A stretch of DNA of 61,338 bases from IMG/VR virus record IMGVR_UViG_3300036944_001020, positions 1 through 61,338 of that record; one strand, 5' to 3'. This DNA comes from a virus. Taxonomy: Duplodnaviria; Caudoviricetes. The stretch's first letter is position 1; every line of letters begins with the position of its first letter. Below the pieces are notes generated by a model. The model had not been told where the DNA came from. It saw nothing but the letters and a program-made list of their open reading frames with translations, and searched no databases. The translations under genes were made by a program, and so were the position numbers. Of the stretch, positions 9,789 to 18,576 are shown one piece after another.

Positions 9789-10376
9789 TTAAAGTACTTC
9801 AATTTCAAATATTCTGAATTTGAATGTTGCGATTGCTGTCAAATATTCGACACCCGAAGATGCAATGTCGTAATCCAAGGATTCCAAAGATATAGGAAAT
9901 GCATCTTTGTATATTATACTGATCTTTGGGTTGTTTGTCGAATCTAATATTGATAAAGTTGCATCAGAATATGCTAAAACTTCACTTTGTCCACCATTAT
10001 TTTTAATAAAAGCAGATTTCGTTGGTTTAGTTTTTAAATAATCATCAAATTGATTATAGCTTTTAGGAAATCCTAATGCAATCATCCAATTATATATCTC
10101 AAGATAATTTGACATATCTTCTGCAATGATGAAACGAACTGACAAATCGCCAAAACTCATTTTTTCACCAATGCGCGGAATATCATAAAATGGGGTAGCC
10201 TGTACTGCCACTCCGAATGCCAACTGCGGAATGTTGGCGGATTGACAAGTAAAAGAGGTATGGGGTAAATCTTTTAGAGAAAATCTAAAAGCATTTGGTC
10301 GCAAAAAGTTTTGCGTTGTTGGTAAAGAGCTAGTAAAACTGTCTTTAAAAAAACCTACATTTGCTGAGTATGCCAT
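9789..10376 (-). CDS. 3: Tail completion / sheath stabiliser gp3
   Basis: NFLRPNAFRF, FTCQSANIP, EDMSNYLEIYNWM and DAFPISL; located after gp23. Confidence 0.9.
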   Translation of the reverse strand: MAYSANVGFFKDSFTSSLPTTQNFLRPNAFRFSLKDLPHTSFTCQSANIPQLAFGVAVQATPFYDIPRIGEKMSFGDLSVRFIIAEDMSNYLEIYNWMIALGFPKSYNQFDDYLKTKPTKSAFIKNNGGQSEVLAYSDATLSILDSTNNPKISIIYKDAFPISLESLDYDIASSGVEYLTAIATFKFRIFEIEVL

Positions 10377-10396
10377 AATATTTATTCCTTCAACAG

Positions 10397-10404
10397 TATT
10401 TATA
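10397..10404 (-). promoter_or_regulatory. T4-type late promoter
   Basis: TATAAATA on the minus strand upstream of gene 3. Confidence 0.8.
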
Positions 10405-10410
10405 CAAACG

Positions 10411-10437
10411 AAAAAAGGGGGAATTTCTTCCCCCTTT
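10411..10437 (-). terminator. Intrinsic terminator after gene 23
   Basis: GGGGGAA/TTCCCCC stem followed by T6 on the minus strand. Confidence 0.85.
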
Positions 10438-10501
10438 AACTTTCATAACGAAAGATGATATATTATTATTTTTATATTATCTTCTTTCTGACTGACTCGA
10501 T

Positions 10502-11791
10502 TTACATCAAGTTCAATACACGCGACTTGCGGTAGTATTGATTGCGGTTAGATGTGAATGTATCAGCATCATTTCCACCAGCAGAATTGGTAACGTATGG
10601 GTTAGCAATCATTCCATAACGGGTTTTGAAACCGATTTTTGGTTGGAAGCTGTTAGGATCAACAGCACGAACCATTTGCAATGGAATGTATGGGCAGTAG
10701 AATACACCTGCGTCATATGGGCTAGAACCTTTGTAACCAACTACGTAGAATTGGTCAGAAGCACCCAAGTTTGCAGAGTATGGATCGATATAAACTTTAT
10801 AACGACCATTCAACATACCAGCGAATGTGCTACCAGTGTCATCAACATTTAAGTTGGTGCTCAATGCTGGAGCATAATCCAATACACCTGCCATAGCCAA
10901 AGCACTTGCAACGTCAGCAGAGCAAACGATGAAGTTACCTTTTCCACGACGAGTGTCTTGAGCAATGTGGTTAGCATCGCGTTCGATGTTAAACAACAAG
11001 CCTTTGAAACGCTCAACAGACCAACGACCATTAGAGTCAACGTCTAAGTCGAAAGTACCTGCGGATGCAGTAGCTGGAGAACCGATTTTAGCAACTTTGT
11101 AAATTGTGCGAACAACTTCACGGTTGATTTCAAACATGAATTCTTGAGACAAGATGTTTGACAATTCTGATTCAGCATCTAAACCATGAATTGCTTTCAA
11201 GTCTTGAGCCAATTCAACAGTGTATTCTGCTTTCAATGCACGGGTCTTAGCCGTAACAGTTGTCTTATCAATGCTGAAAGACATTTCGTTGAAGTTTTGT
11301 GCAGCTTCGATTGCAGCAGTTGTATTAGCTGTACCAGTTGTGTAAGTACCGCTAGTGATGATATTAGCTGGGTTTGTACCAGCGTGTGTACCTGCACCTG
11401 CGAAATCGGTATCAGCTTCGTTAAACAATGCTTCTGAACGAGTAGAGGTATTGCTACGCTCTGAACCGTACATAGAACGCATAGCGAAGATAAGACCAGT
11501 TGGGCCAGTCATAGGCTGAACACCACAAATGTCATATGCCATCAAATTAGGCATAGCACGGCGTACCAAACCAATCATGATTGGATCGTACTTTTGGATT
11601 GCGCTTGAGTCAACTGCAATGTTATTTGCTGGAGTCTCAAAAAGTGCTTGGCGATCTTCACGCATTGCACGTTCTTGGTTCTCAAGAATAACTGCTGTTA
11701 CTTGTTTTTTGTAGCTATCTTTGATCTGTGGAAGATCTGGATGTTCGATAATAGCTTTCCATTTGCTTTGTACTTGTTCTGAAAGAAACAT
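10502..11791 (-). CDS. 23: Major capsid protein gp23
   Basis: GVQPMTGPTGLIFAMR, TRALKAEYTVELAQDLKAIHGLDAE and FQPKIGFKTRYG. Confidence 0.99.
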   Translation of the reverse strand: MFLSEQVQSKWKAIIEHPDLPQIKDSYKKQVTAVILENQERAMREDRQALFETPANNIAVDSSAIQKYDPIMIGLVRRAMPNLMAYDICGVQPMTGPTGLIFAMRSMYGSERSNTSTRSEALFNEADTDFAGAGTHAGTNPANIITSGTYTTGTANTTAAIEAAQNFNEMSFSIDKTTVTAKTRALKAEYTVELAQDLKAIHGLDAESELSNILSQEFMFEINREVVRTIYKVAKIGSPATASAGTFDLDVDSNGRWSVERFKGLLFNIERDANHIAQDTRRGKGNFIVCSADVASALAMAGVLDYAPALSTNLNVDDTGSTFAGMLNGRYKVYIDPYSANLGASDQFYVVGYKGSSPYDAGVFYCPYIPLQMVRAVDPNSFQPKIGFKTRYGMIANPYVTNSAGGNDADTFTSNRNQYYRKSRVLNLM

Positions 11792-11812
11792 GTTAATTAA
11801 CTCCTTGTTGGT

Positions 11813-12949
11813 TTAAACTCTTTTGATTGATCTAGAAAGCGCAGCCGCGTATTGCGAGACTGTGCTGCCATCATCTTGTGTAAATGATTCTTGGCTTGGA
11901 TTTGATAAATCTTCTACCAAGTGTTGTGCGCGACTTACGCCCGACTCACTTACACTCTTCTTTGGAAAATAATTTTCCTTGATTACAGAAACTTTCTCTC
12001 TGTAAAGGCTTTCGCTATCAAAATCAACGCCTTCCAATAACTTGGAAAGTTTAGCTGACTCTGTATCTGCTAGGTCTTTTGAGAACTCTTCTTCAATCGC
12101 TTCACGCTTTAGATCGATAACTGTTTGGTTAAGATCTACGTTTGTGCTAATTGCTTCGTTTAGCTTTTGTTCTAAAACTTCAGCTTTAGCCTGTAGTTCA
12201 CCTAATACATCATATTTCTCTTCCGGTACTTCAACGTAGTGTTCCTTGAATAATACCTTTAGTCCTGTCATAAAGTCTTCCGCAATCTCAGTGCGAAGAC
12301 CATTTTCGATAGCCAATTCATTTTCAGCCATCCAATTTTCTACAACATAATTCAAATAAGAATCAATCTTATCTGTCATTTCTGCTTTTGCTTCCATCAA
12401 ATCATTGGAGAATTTTTCTTCCAATGATTCAACAACTGTTTCCATTTCAACATTAACACGAGCAACTACTGCTGCTTCGAAAATTGATGTTGCCTTGTTA
12501 CGGAAATCTTCCGATAAATCTTCACCGAAAATCAAAGACAAATCGATTGGTTGAACTTCTTCTGCCATCTTTTCCTTCTTTTCTTCTTTTTCAGCTTCTT
12601 TACCAGTATATTTGTCACCCTTAACTTTGGTAGACTGGTGTACATTTCCTTTGCTGTCAGTCCAAGAACCTTCAGTTTTTTCTGCCGCTTCTTTTACGTC
12701 AGTCATAATTGACTTGCCGGGAGCGTCTTTTTCTTTCAAGGTATTCTTGCTAACTGAACCAGCAGCCTGTGAACCCATGTTTGAGTGTTGGCCTTCTAAT
12801 TCGTCTGCAACTTCACCTTCTTTAGATGAACCTTGCTTTGGCATAGAACTATCGCCAGCAGTAGCTGCCTTAATAGTTGTATCCTTTTTCATTGATTCTG
12901 TACCGTTTACTTTTTCAAGTAATTCTTTAATTTTGCTATCTACTGACAT
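11813..12949 (-). CDS. 22: Prohead core scaffold gp22
   Basis: LSEDFRNKATSIFEAAV and YLNYVVENWMAENELAIENG; synteny. Confidence 0.95.
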   Translation of the reverse strand: MSVDSKIKELLEKVNGTESMKKDTTIKAATAGDSSMPKQGSSKEGEVADELEGQHSNMGSQAAGSVSKNTLKEKDAPGKSIMTDVKEAAEKTEGSWTDSKGNVHQSTKVKGDKYTGKEAEKEEKKEKMAEEVQPIDLSLIFGEDLSEDFRNKATSIFEAAVVARVNVEMETVVESLEEKFSNDLMEAKAEMTDKIDSYLNYVVENWMAENELAIENGLRTEIAEDFMTGLKVLFKEHYVEVPEEKYDVLGELQAKAEVLEQKLNEAISTNVDLNQTVIDLKREAIEEEFSKDLADTESAKLSKLLEGVDFDSESLYREKVSVIKENYFPKKSVSESGVSRAQHLVEDLSNPSQESFTQDDGSTVSQYAAALSRSIKRV

Positions 12950-12980
12950 TATTGTGTCTCCTAAATGGATGTTACTATCT

Positions 12981-12988
12981 TATTTATA
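12981..12988 (-). promoter_or_regulatory. T4-type late promoter
   Basis: TATAAATA upstream of gene 22. Confidence 0.8.
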
Positions 12989-12995
12989 ATAACTG

Positions 12996-13646
12996 TTATT
13001 TTGACAAACTATTCATGAATTGTTCAAACATCTGAATTTTGATGCTTTCCAATTCCCCCTTGGATGCTTTCTTTAAGGTAGCTTGGGCTTGCTCAATTTG
13101 AGTAGCCTTCCAAATACCATTTTCGCAAATCCATTCAGCAGATTCATATATGCCTTGTACAAATGCGTCTGGCGCACTTGGATCAGCAACAATGTCAATG
13201 GTTGCTAGATGAAAATCATCCTGCACTTCCATAATTCCTGCCTTAGTTTCTTTTAGAGAACCAAGCCCTCTTGAAGAAACACCTAACTTAACGCCCTCTT
13301 CGATAAACCCCTTGGCAATTTTGCCCATTGGTGTATCTAAAATCTTTGCTTTACCAATAACATCATTACCTTCAAAGCGCAAGTTTGTCATCAAATGAGA
13401 AACTTTGTCTAAGTTAATGGATGGCGTTGATGGGTGACCTAATTCGCCCAATGAACGCTTTTCGGTAATCATTTGTTGATAACGGGCAAGTTCATTTTCC
13501 ATAATGCGGCGTGGATAAACGCGACCATTGCGGTTTTGTTTATCTGCTTGCATGAAAATGCCTTCAATGAAAACGCCAACTTTGCCGTTTTCGGATTTTT
13601 CTGTTAAATAAGTAACGTCTTGTACGACTTCTGTAATTAATCTCAT
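12996..13646 (-). CDS. 21: Prohead protease gp21
   Basis: NRNGRVY, GELGHP, GVSSRGLGS and DIVADPSAPDAFV. Confidence 0.97.
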   Translation of the reverse strand: MRLITEVVQDVTYLTEKSENGKVGVFIEGIFMQADKQNRNGRVYPRRIMENELARYQQMITEKRSLGELGHPSTPSINLDKVSHLMTNLRFEGNDVIGKAKILDTPMGKIAKGFIEEGVKLGVSSRGLGSLKETKAGIMEVQDDFHLATIDIVADPSAPDAFVQGIYESAEWICENGIWKATQIEQAQATLKKASKGELESIKIQMFEQFMNSLSK

Positions 13647-14050
13647 GGTTTTAAGTAGTCCGGTAAGGTTTGAGTATCCGGCGGCAAGAAGCCAGCAGCC
13701 TTGGTAACACCAAGAATTACTGTTCCACCGGGAGTAGGAATTGTTACTTGAATATTTGCTGTTGCATTAGAATTATCTACAAATCCCGATGATTGAGCTA
13801 AATACCAATTATCATTTCCAAATAATTCCATTGTAACAGTGCCATTTCGCTGAATGCTTATTGGTGTAATAGAATTTGCAGTTGTGAAATAAATACTATT
13901 AATCGTTACACTGGTATTAGCATAACCCAAAAATGATTCATCTGATAATTTTAGATCATCATTCAAAATGATATTGGCTGTGCCAGAACCAACAAACTTA
14001 ATTACAGCTTGCTGTCTGACACGTTTTAAAATTGTTTTTGTGATTGCCAT
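13643..14050 (-). CDS. Hypothetical head-module protein, 135 aa
   Basis: ORF track; own late promoter and SD; ATGA overlap with gene 21. Confidence 0.75.
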   Translation of the reverse strand: MAITKTILKRVRQQAVIKFVGSGTANIILNDDLKLSDESFLGYANTSVTINSIYFTTANSITPISIQRNGTVTMELFGNDNWYLAQSSGFVDNSNATANIQVTIPTPGGTVILGVTKAAGFLPPDTQTLPDYLKP

Positions 14051-14081
14051 TTAGTTGTCCTAGATAGGGTAGTCTATATCT

Positions 14082-14089
14082 TATTTATA
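14082..14089 (-). promoter_or_regulatory. T4-type late promoter
   Basis: TATAAATA upstream of 13643..14050. Confidence 0.8.
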
Positions 14090-14092
14090 ATA

Positions 14093-16252
14093 TTATTTTG
14101 TTATAGGTTTTACGATATATCTAACTGCACCATACTCTTGATCTCGTCTATTAGCACTTCTAGATGCGGTTTTTAAGCTGGCATGCTTACTTACAACTGC
14201 GCCAGTTTTAGAGTCTATGACCGCATGAGTTGGAGCAGGAACAAGAGTGGATTCTTTTAATTTAGCTGCTGCCTTATCCATTGAATCAAGTCTATCGCTA
14301 ATTTTTTTATCTATTTTTGCATATGCTGCATCTTTTTGAGCTTGTGTACCAGAAACCCATTTGCGAGATAAATCTCTGACATTTGTATCTGCTTTATCAA
14401 CATATGAACTATAAGTTTTCTTTGATAACTCATCAATTTGTTCAACATCTTCGTCGAGTTCTCTCGTGGATTTTAAATAATCTAAAGAAGATGTGATATA
14501 ATCTTCTGCCTTTGTTATTTTAGATTGAACCCATTCTGGAAGATTTTCATCATCTTCTAGCATATTTTTAATATCTTCTGCATTTCTACAAATAGTTTGC
14601 AGTAGAGTTTTAGCCATAGAACCTTCGTAGTCGTATTCGCCTACATCTTTAGCTTCTTTTACAGATGAATTCACTGGAACACAATTTGGAACTTCTTTTC
14701 CATTTTTTTTCTTTGTTCCAATCATTTCATACCCAGTCCAGCAAGGATCGGTATCTTTCATTTTTTTAGCTTCTTCAACAGAATCTTCCATGAATGCATG
14801 GGTATTTTTATGTTCTTTTTTCTTATTTCCGTGAGAACCGGCACCAGTGGTTGGAGCATGTTTAGCCACGAAATTGCGTGGAGTAGCACGTTGACGCAAT
14901 AATGCTGCCTTGGCACTAGCACGACCCATAGAACCTTGAGAACCTGCTATAGATGCACTAATTGCTGGCATGAATGCTTCTGCCATTTTATCTGGGGCAT
15001 CCATCCAACTCTTGGTTAAATGCATGGCAGTTAAGGGAATACCATGCTTATCTGCGTGTTTTAACGCATGAGCATTCGCTGCCGCCATTGATGTAAATGG
15101 AATCGATGATCCATTCGCATCCTTTAAACTTTTGCCATGTGCGCGGATATACCAATTGCTTTTATCAATAGAATGATTTTCATCATCTTCTCTGTATCTA
15201 GCGCCATCGACGCCACGGAAACCACGGCCTTCGTGCATTTCAGTTTCTTCGGCAAGTTTAGGAACTTTAGCGATTTTAAGAATAGATAAAACCAATGGAG
15301 CTTTTAATTCTTTATGGCGAGGAACTGCAATGTGTTGTGGAGATTTTGGATGTGTAAAAACATCATGGCTTCCAGTTGTTCTAGATAATTTCCAGCCAAG
15401 ACCTTGAATGTGGTGAGTCAGCTTGCGAGTATTACCCATACTTGCACCAACCATTTCATCTAAATCAAACTCTTTTTCTACGGCAAATACTTCTTCATTA
15501 ACTTCTTCGTTAAGTTCATATTTCTTTTTATACCATGCTGGCATTCCGTTTTTCTGTCTCCAGTAACGCACTGTGGCAGAATCATTAGCTTGATCAGTAT
15601 ATTTATTTTCAGCAGTTGTATTGTGACCCTTCATTGCTTCTGCGGCAGCGCGGGCATCTTTAGCAATGTATTCTAATTCAGCATTAGATTTTTTATGGTA
15701 TGGATGATCTTCTAATGGATGTTGCTGAGAAGGGCGACCCTCTTCTAATTCTTCAACTCCCTCAGAAAGTCTAGATTCATCTTCCATGTGTTGCATCATT
15801 TTTTTATAATGAGAATCGGCATTCTTCTGATTGCCTTTTAGCTCATGGTAATTAATTAAATGCTCATGGTGATCTGCCATATGCTCATGGAATTTCGGCA
15901 TATTGTCTTCCGACTTAGCCTTCATTGCATCAACACGCGCTTCTTCTGCACCCTTTAACCAGTCATCAGCAGTAACTTCATTGATAATTTCAATATCAAA
16001 AGATTCCGCTAAACGATCAACTTCTTCAAGATCAATTTCTAAGTTTTCATTTTGTCTTTTTGCCGCATATGCTGCACCAAGAGCCATTTGAATACGCTCT
16101 TTCTTTGACTTACCATCAAACTTTGGATTATCAGATTTAACAAAATCGTCAATCCATTTTGATGTTGGTGTCTTTGCAGTTAATACTTCATCAAGGGTCA
16201 CTGACTCTTGTACAGAATAAAATTTAGAAACTGTGTCTTTGAAGGATTTCAT
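14093..16252 (-). CDS. Modular internal head / prohead core protein with an embedded HicA-like domain
   Basis: Sits in the 67-68 position of the head cluster; MKSFKD N-terminus; many L/I/V-x-E linkers; GWKLSRTTGSHDVFTHP...VPRHKEL...SILK HicA motif. Confidence 0.75.
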   Translation of the reverse strand: MKSFKDTVSKFYSVQESVTLDEVLTAKTPTSKWIDDFVKSDNPKFDGKSKKERIQMALGAAYAAKRQNENLEIDLEEVDRLAESFDIEIINEVTADDWLKGAEEARVDAMKAKSEDNMPKFHEHMADHHEHLINYHELKGNQKNADSHYKKMMQHMEDESRLSEGVEELEEGRPSQQHPLEDHPYHKKSNAELEYIAKDARAAAEAMKGHNTTAENKYTDQANDSATVRYWRQKNGMPAWYKKKYELNEEVNEEVFAVEKEFDLDEMVGASMGNTRKLTHHIQGLGWKLSRTTGSHDVFTHPKSPQHIAVPRHKELKAPLVLSILKIAKVPKLAEETEMHEGRGFRGVDGARYREDDENHSIDKSNWYIRAHGKSLKDANGSSIPFTSMAAANAHALKHADKHGIPLTAMHLTKSWMDAPDKMAEAFMPAISASIAGSQGSMGRASAKAALLRQRATPRNFVAKHAPTTGAGSHGNKKKEHKNTHAFMEDSVEEAKKMKDTDPCWTGYEMIGTKKKNGKEVPNCVPVNSSVKEAKDVGEYDYEGSMAKTLLQTICRNAEDIKNMLEDDENLPEWVQSKITKAEDYITSSLDYLKSTRELDEDVEQIDELSKKTYSSYVDKADTNVRDLSRKWVSGTQAQKDAAYAKIDKKISDRLDSMDKAAAKLKESTLVPAPTHAVIDSKTGAVVSKHASLKTASRSANRRDQEYGAVRYIVKPITK

Positions 16253-16256
16253 TTTT

Positions 16257-16418
16257 TTACTCGTCTTTTCCTAGTGATTGTGCTACTTCTATTTTTTTGT
16301 CAGCAATTGCATCTGTTACTCTCATGGACAAGATACTTTCAATTTTCTCGGTAGCATCTGCGCCACGATTATTTAAAATATCATCTACCATGTGTTGAAT
16401 TACTTCTGATGTTTCCAT
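16257..16418 (-). CDS. 67: Prohead core protein gp67-like, 53 aa (not in the ORF track)
   Basis: Hand translation METSEVIQHMVDDILNNRGADATEKIESILSMRVTDAIADKKIEVAQSLGKDE; GGAGA SD; immediately after the portal gene. Confidence 0.8.
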   Translation of the reverse strand: METSEVIQHMVDDILNNRGADATEKIESILSMRVTDAIADKKIEVAQSLGKDE

Positions 16419-16436
16419 TTTATTTCTCCAATCAAT

Positions 16437-16444
16437 TATTTATA
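16437..16444 (-). promoter_or_regulatory. T4-type late promoter
   Basis: TATAAATA upstream of gp67 and the 719-aa gene. Confidence 0.8.
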
Positions 16445-16449
16445 TATTA

Positions 16450-17994
16450 TTATTGTGGCTGTTGCTCTTGGGGAGCCCCATCCGGTTGTTCTTGTCCTTG
16501 CAACATCATCAATGGTTCCGCTGCAATTTCTTTATCCATTGTTTCGATTTCGTCATCGGTCATTCTCAAAACATTACGCTTTACATATTTTTGACTAAAA
16601 TACGAACCAACAAATGGCTGAATTGCGGTCAAAATATCAATACGATTACGAATGCTTTCAGTTTCCTTCATTTCTTGGAAATACTGATCCTGTGCATATC
16701 TATAATGAATTTTTTCTCTGAATGAATCCCAATCAGATTCAACGATAACACCTTTAAGAACCAATTGGGTCTTCAAGATATCATCAAACATAACATTGAA
16801 TTTCTTACGAAGTCTTCCAACAAACTTAGCAAACTTCAATTCGTCACGAGTAATCTCAGTGGCACGACCAAATTGAATACCTTGTCCCGGCTGCATTCTA
16901 GACAATGGAACATTCAATGCTTGATATAGTTTCTGTTGAAAGAATTCAATATCTGCAATTTGACCCAAATTCTCGCCACCGGGCAATGTAGTAATTTCTG
17001 TACCACGACCACCTTCGCGTCTTGGCAACCAAAAATCTTCTAGCATAGACATGAATTTTCGGTCATCCCGAATTTCACCCGTTGCTGAATCATAAACAAT
17101 TTTATTGCGATAACGGGCCATAATATCTTTTAGATATTGCTCCGCTTTAATCTTTGGCAAATTACCAACGTCAATATAAAATATACGTCTTTCAGGCGCT
17201 CTTGAAATTCTATAAATTACAAGCGCATCTTCCATCATTTTAAGTTGATTCGTGGGCTTAATTGCTTTATGCAAGTGACCCAAGACTACACTACGCTCTA
17301 AATCCATCAATCCAGATGGAACAAACGTAATGGAATCCTTTGATATCTTAATCCCTTGGTTAGCAATACTATTATTCGCATTGGAATAATTTGTAGTAGT
17401 TGCCATCCCTCTGTCACTATAGATATAGAATTCTTCAATTGATTTGATGATTTCAATACCTGTAGGCATTTTCTCTTTTTTTACATCTCTGACCTTACGA
17501 ATTTTCTTGGGGTCAATCTGTCTAATTTCTACGATGCCCCTTTTAGGAGCTTTAATATCAATGATCTTTTGGAAGTATAATCTTCCATCAACATACCAGC
17601 GTTTAAACAAGTCATGTGACTTATTATTAAACTCTAGTAGACGAATCACATTGGTAAACTCTTCATTAATTGCATCTTTGATGTTTTTTGGAACATCCAA
17701 GCCATCTAAATTAATTGTAACCGCAGCTTCATCATCGACTGATGCAATTGCCTCAGTGACGATTTCATCAATGGCAGTAGCGCAGTCAGGATACATCGCG
17801 GTCTCACGGTATTTGGCAATCAAATCCGTTTCTGACTTAGCAGATGCATCCATATCCACATACGTGCCGTAGTACCCACCTGCTTGCACACTTTGGGCAC
17901 CATCATCGGGAGTGGGGGTTATGAACGATTGTGTTCGTAACCCATCCACTTTTTCATCGTTTTTGCGATTTATTGTAAAACCAAATAATTCCAT
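16450..17994 (-). CDS. 20: Portal protein gp20
   Basis: YRISRAPERRIFYIDVGNLPK and EDFWLPRREGGRGTEITTLPGG. Confidence 0.99.
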   Translation of the reverse strand: MELFGFTINRKNDEKVDGLRTQSFITPTPDDGAQSVQAGGYYGTYVDMDASAKSETDLIAKYRETAMYPDCATAIDEIVTEAIASVDDEAAVTINLDGLDVPKNIKDAINEEFTNVIRLLEFNNKSHDLFKRWYVDGRLYFQKIIDIKAPKRGIVEIRQIDPKKIRKVRDVKKEKMPTGIEIIKSIEEFYIYSDRGMATTTNYSNANNSIANQGIKISKDSITFVPSGLMDLERSVVLGHLHKAIKPTNQLKMMEDALVIYRISRAPERRIFYIDVGNLPKIKAEQYLKDIMARYRNKIVYDSATGEIRDDRKFMSMLEDFWLPRREGGRGTEITTLPGGENLGQIADIEFFQQKLYQALNVPLSRMQPGQGIQFGRATEITRDELKFAKFVGRLRKKFNVMFDDILKTQLVLKGVIVESDWDSFREKIHYRYAQDQYFQEMKETESIRNRIDILTAIQPFVGSYFSQKYVKRNVLRMTDDEIETMDKEIAAEPLMMLQGQEQPDGAPQEQQPQ

Positions 17995-18009
17995 AATTTA
18001 TATTCAATG

Positions 18010-18564
18010 TTAGTTTAAATCTGTATTTATACTAAACGTTTGATACTGCAACGCAACTTGGAATGTAGAAATTCTATCATTTTGATCAAATCCCAATGCA
18101 ACTGCACCAACATCAGAAGGCCATGCACCGGTCAATGTGTATGATCTCAATACTACGCCATTGCGATTCAATTGACGAATAATAATATCCTGAGAATAAG
18201 AAGCGAAACCACCGACTGCAGAATAAATTCCAGTATTATCTGCGCGATTATTAATTCCATCCATCCATTGCTCCATAGCAGATCTGATAGTAAAACCAGA
18301 ATCATTAAGAACAGTGAATGTAAATGGCTGGAATTGTCTTTCTCCTGACAACTTAACTTCACGCCCTCTGTAATATACAGGAGTAACTCCAAGTGTTTGA
18401 CCCGGCAATTCAGCAGCATCGACCAAAAATTGTGATGATTGTCCCGCTAAATTTCCTGCGCCGACCCATGTTGGGAAGTTTAATTGAACCGAAAACTGGT
18501 TGGAACGAGCCCCACCATCGGATAATTTTGATTTAAAATCATTAATATTAAATGTGACTGCCAT
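18010..18564 (-). CDS. 19: Tail tube protein gp19
   Basis: GGARSNQFSV, AAELPG, YRGREVKLSGER and GAWPSDVG. Confidence 0.95.
   Translation of the reverse strand: MAVTFNINDFKSKLSDGGARSNQFSVQLNFPTWVGAGNLAGQSSQFLVDAAELPGQTLGVTPVYYRGREVKLSGERQFQPFTFTVLNDSGFTIRSAMEQWMDGINNRADNTGIYSAVGGFASYSQDIIIRQLNRNGVVLRSYTLTGAWPSDVGAVALGFDQNDRISTFQVALQYQTFSINTDLN
18024..18031 (-). promoter_or_regulatory. T4-type late promoter inside the end of gene 19
   Basis: TATAAATA about 30 nt upstream of the gene 20 start. Confidence 0.6.
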
Positions 18565-18576
18565 ATTTTGCTCCTA

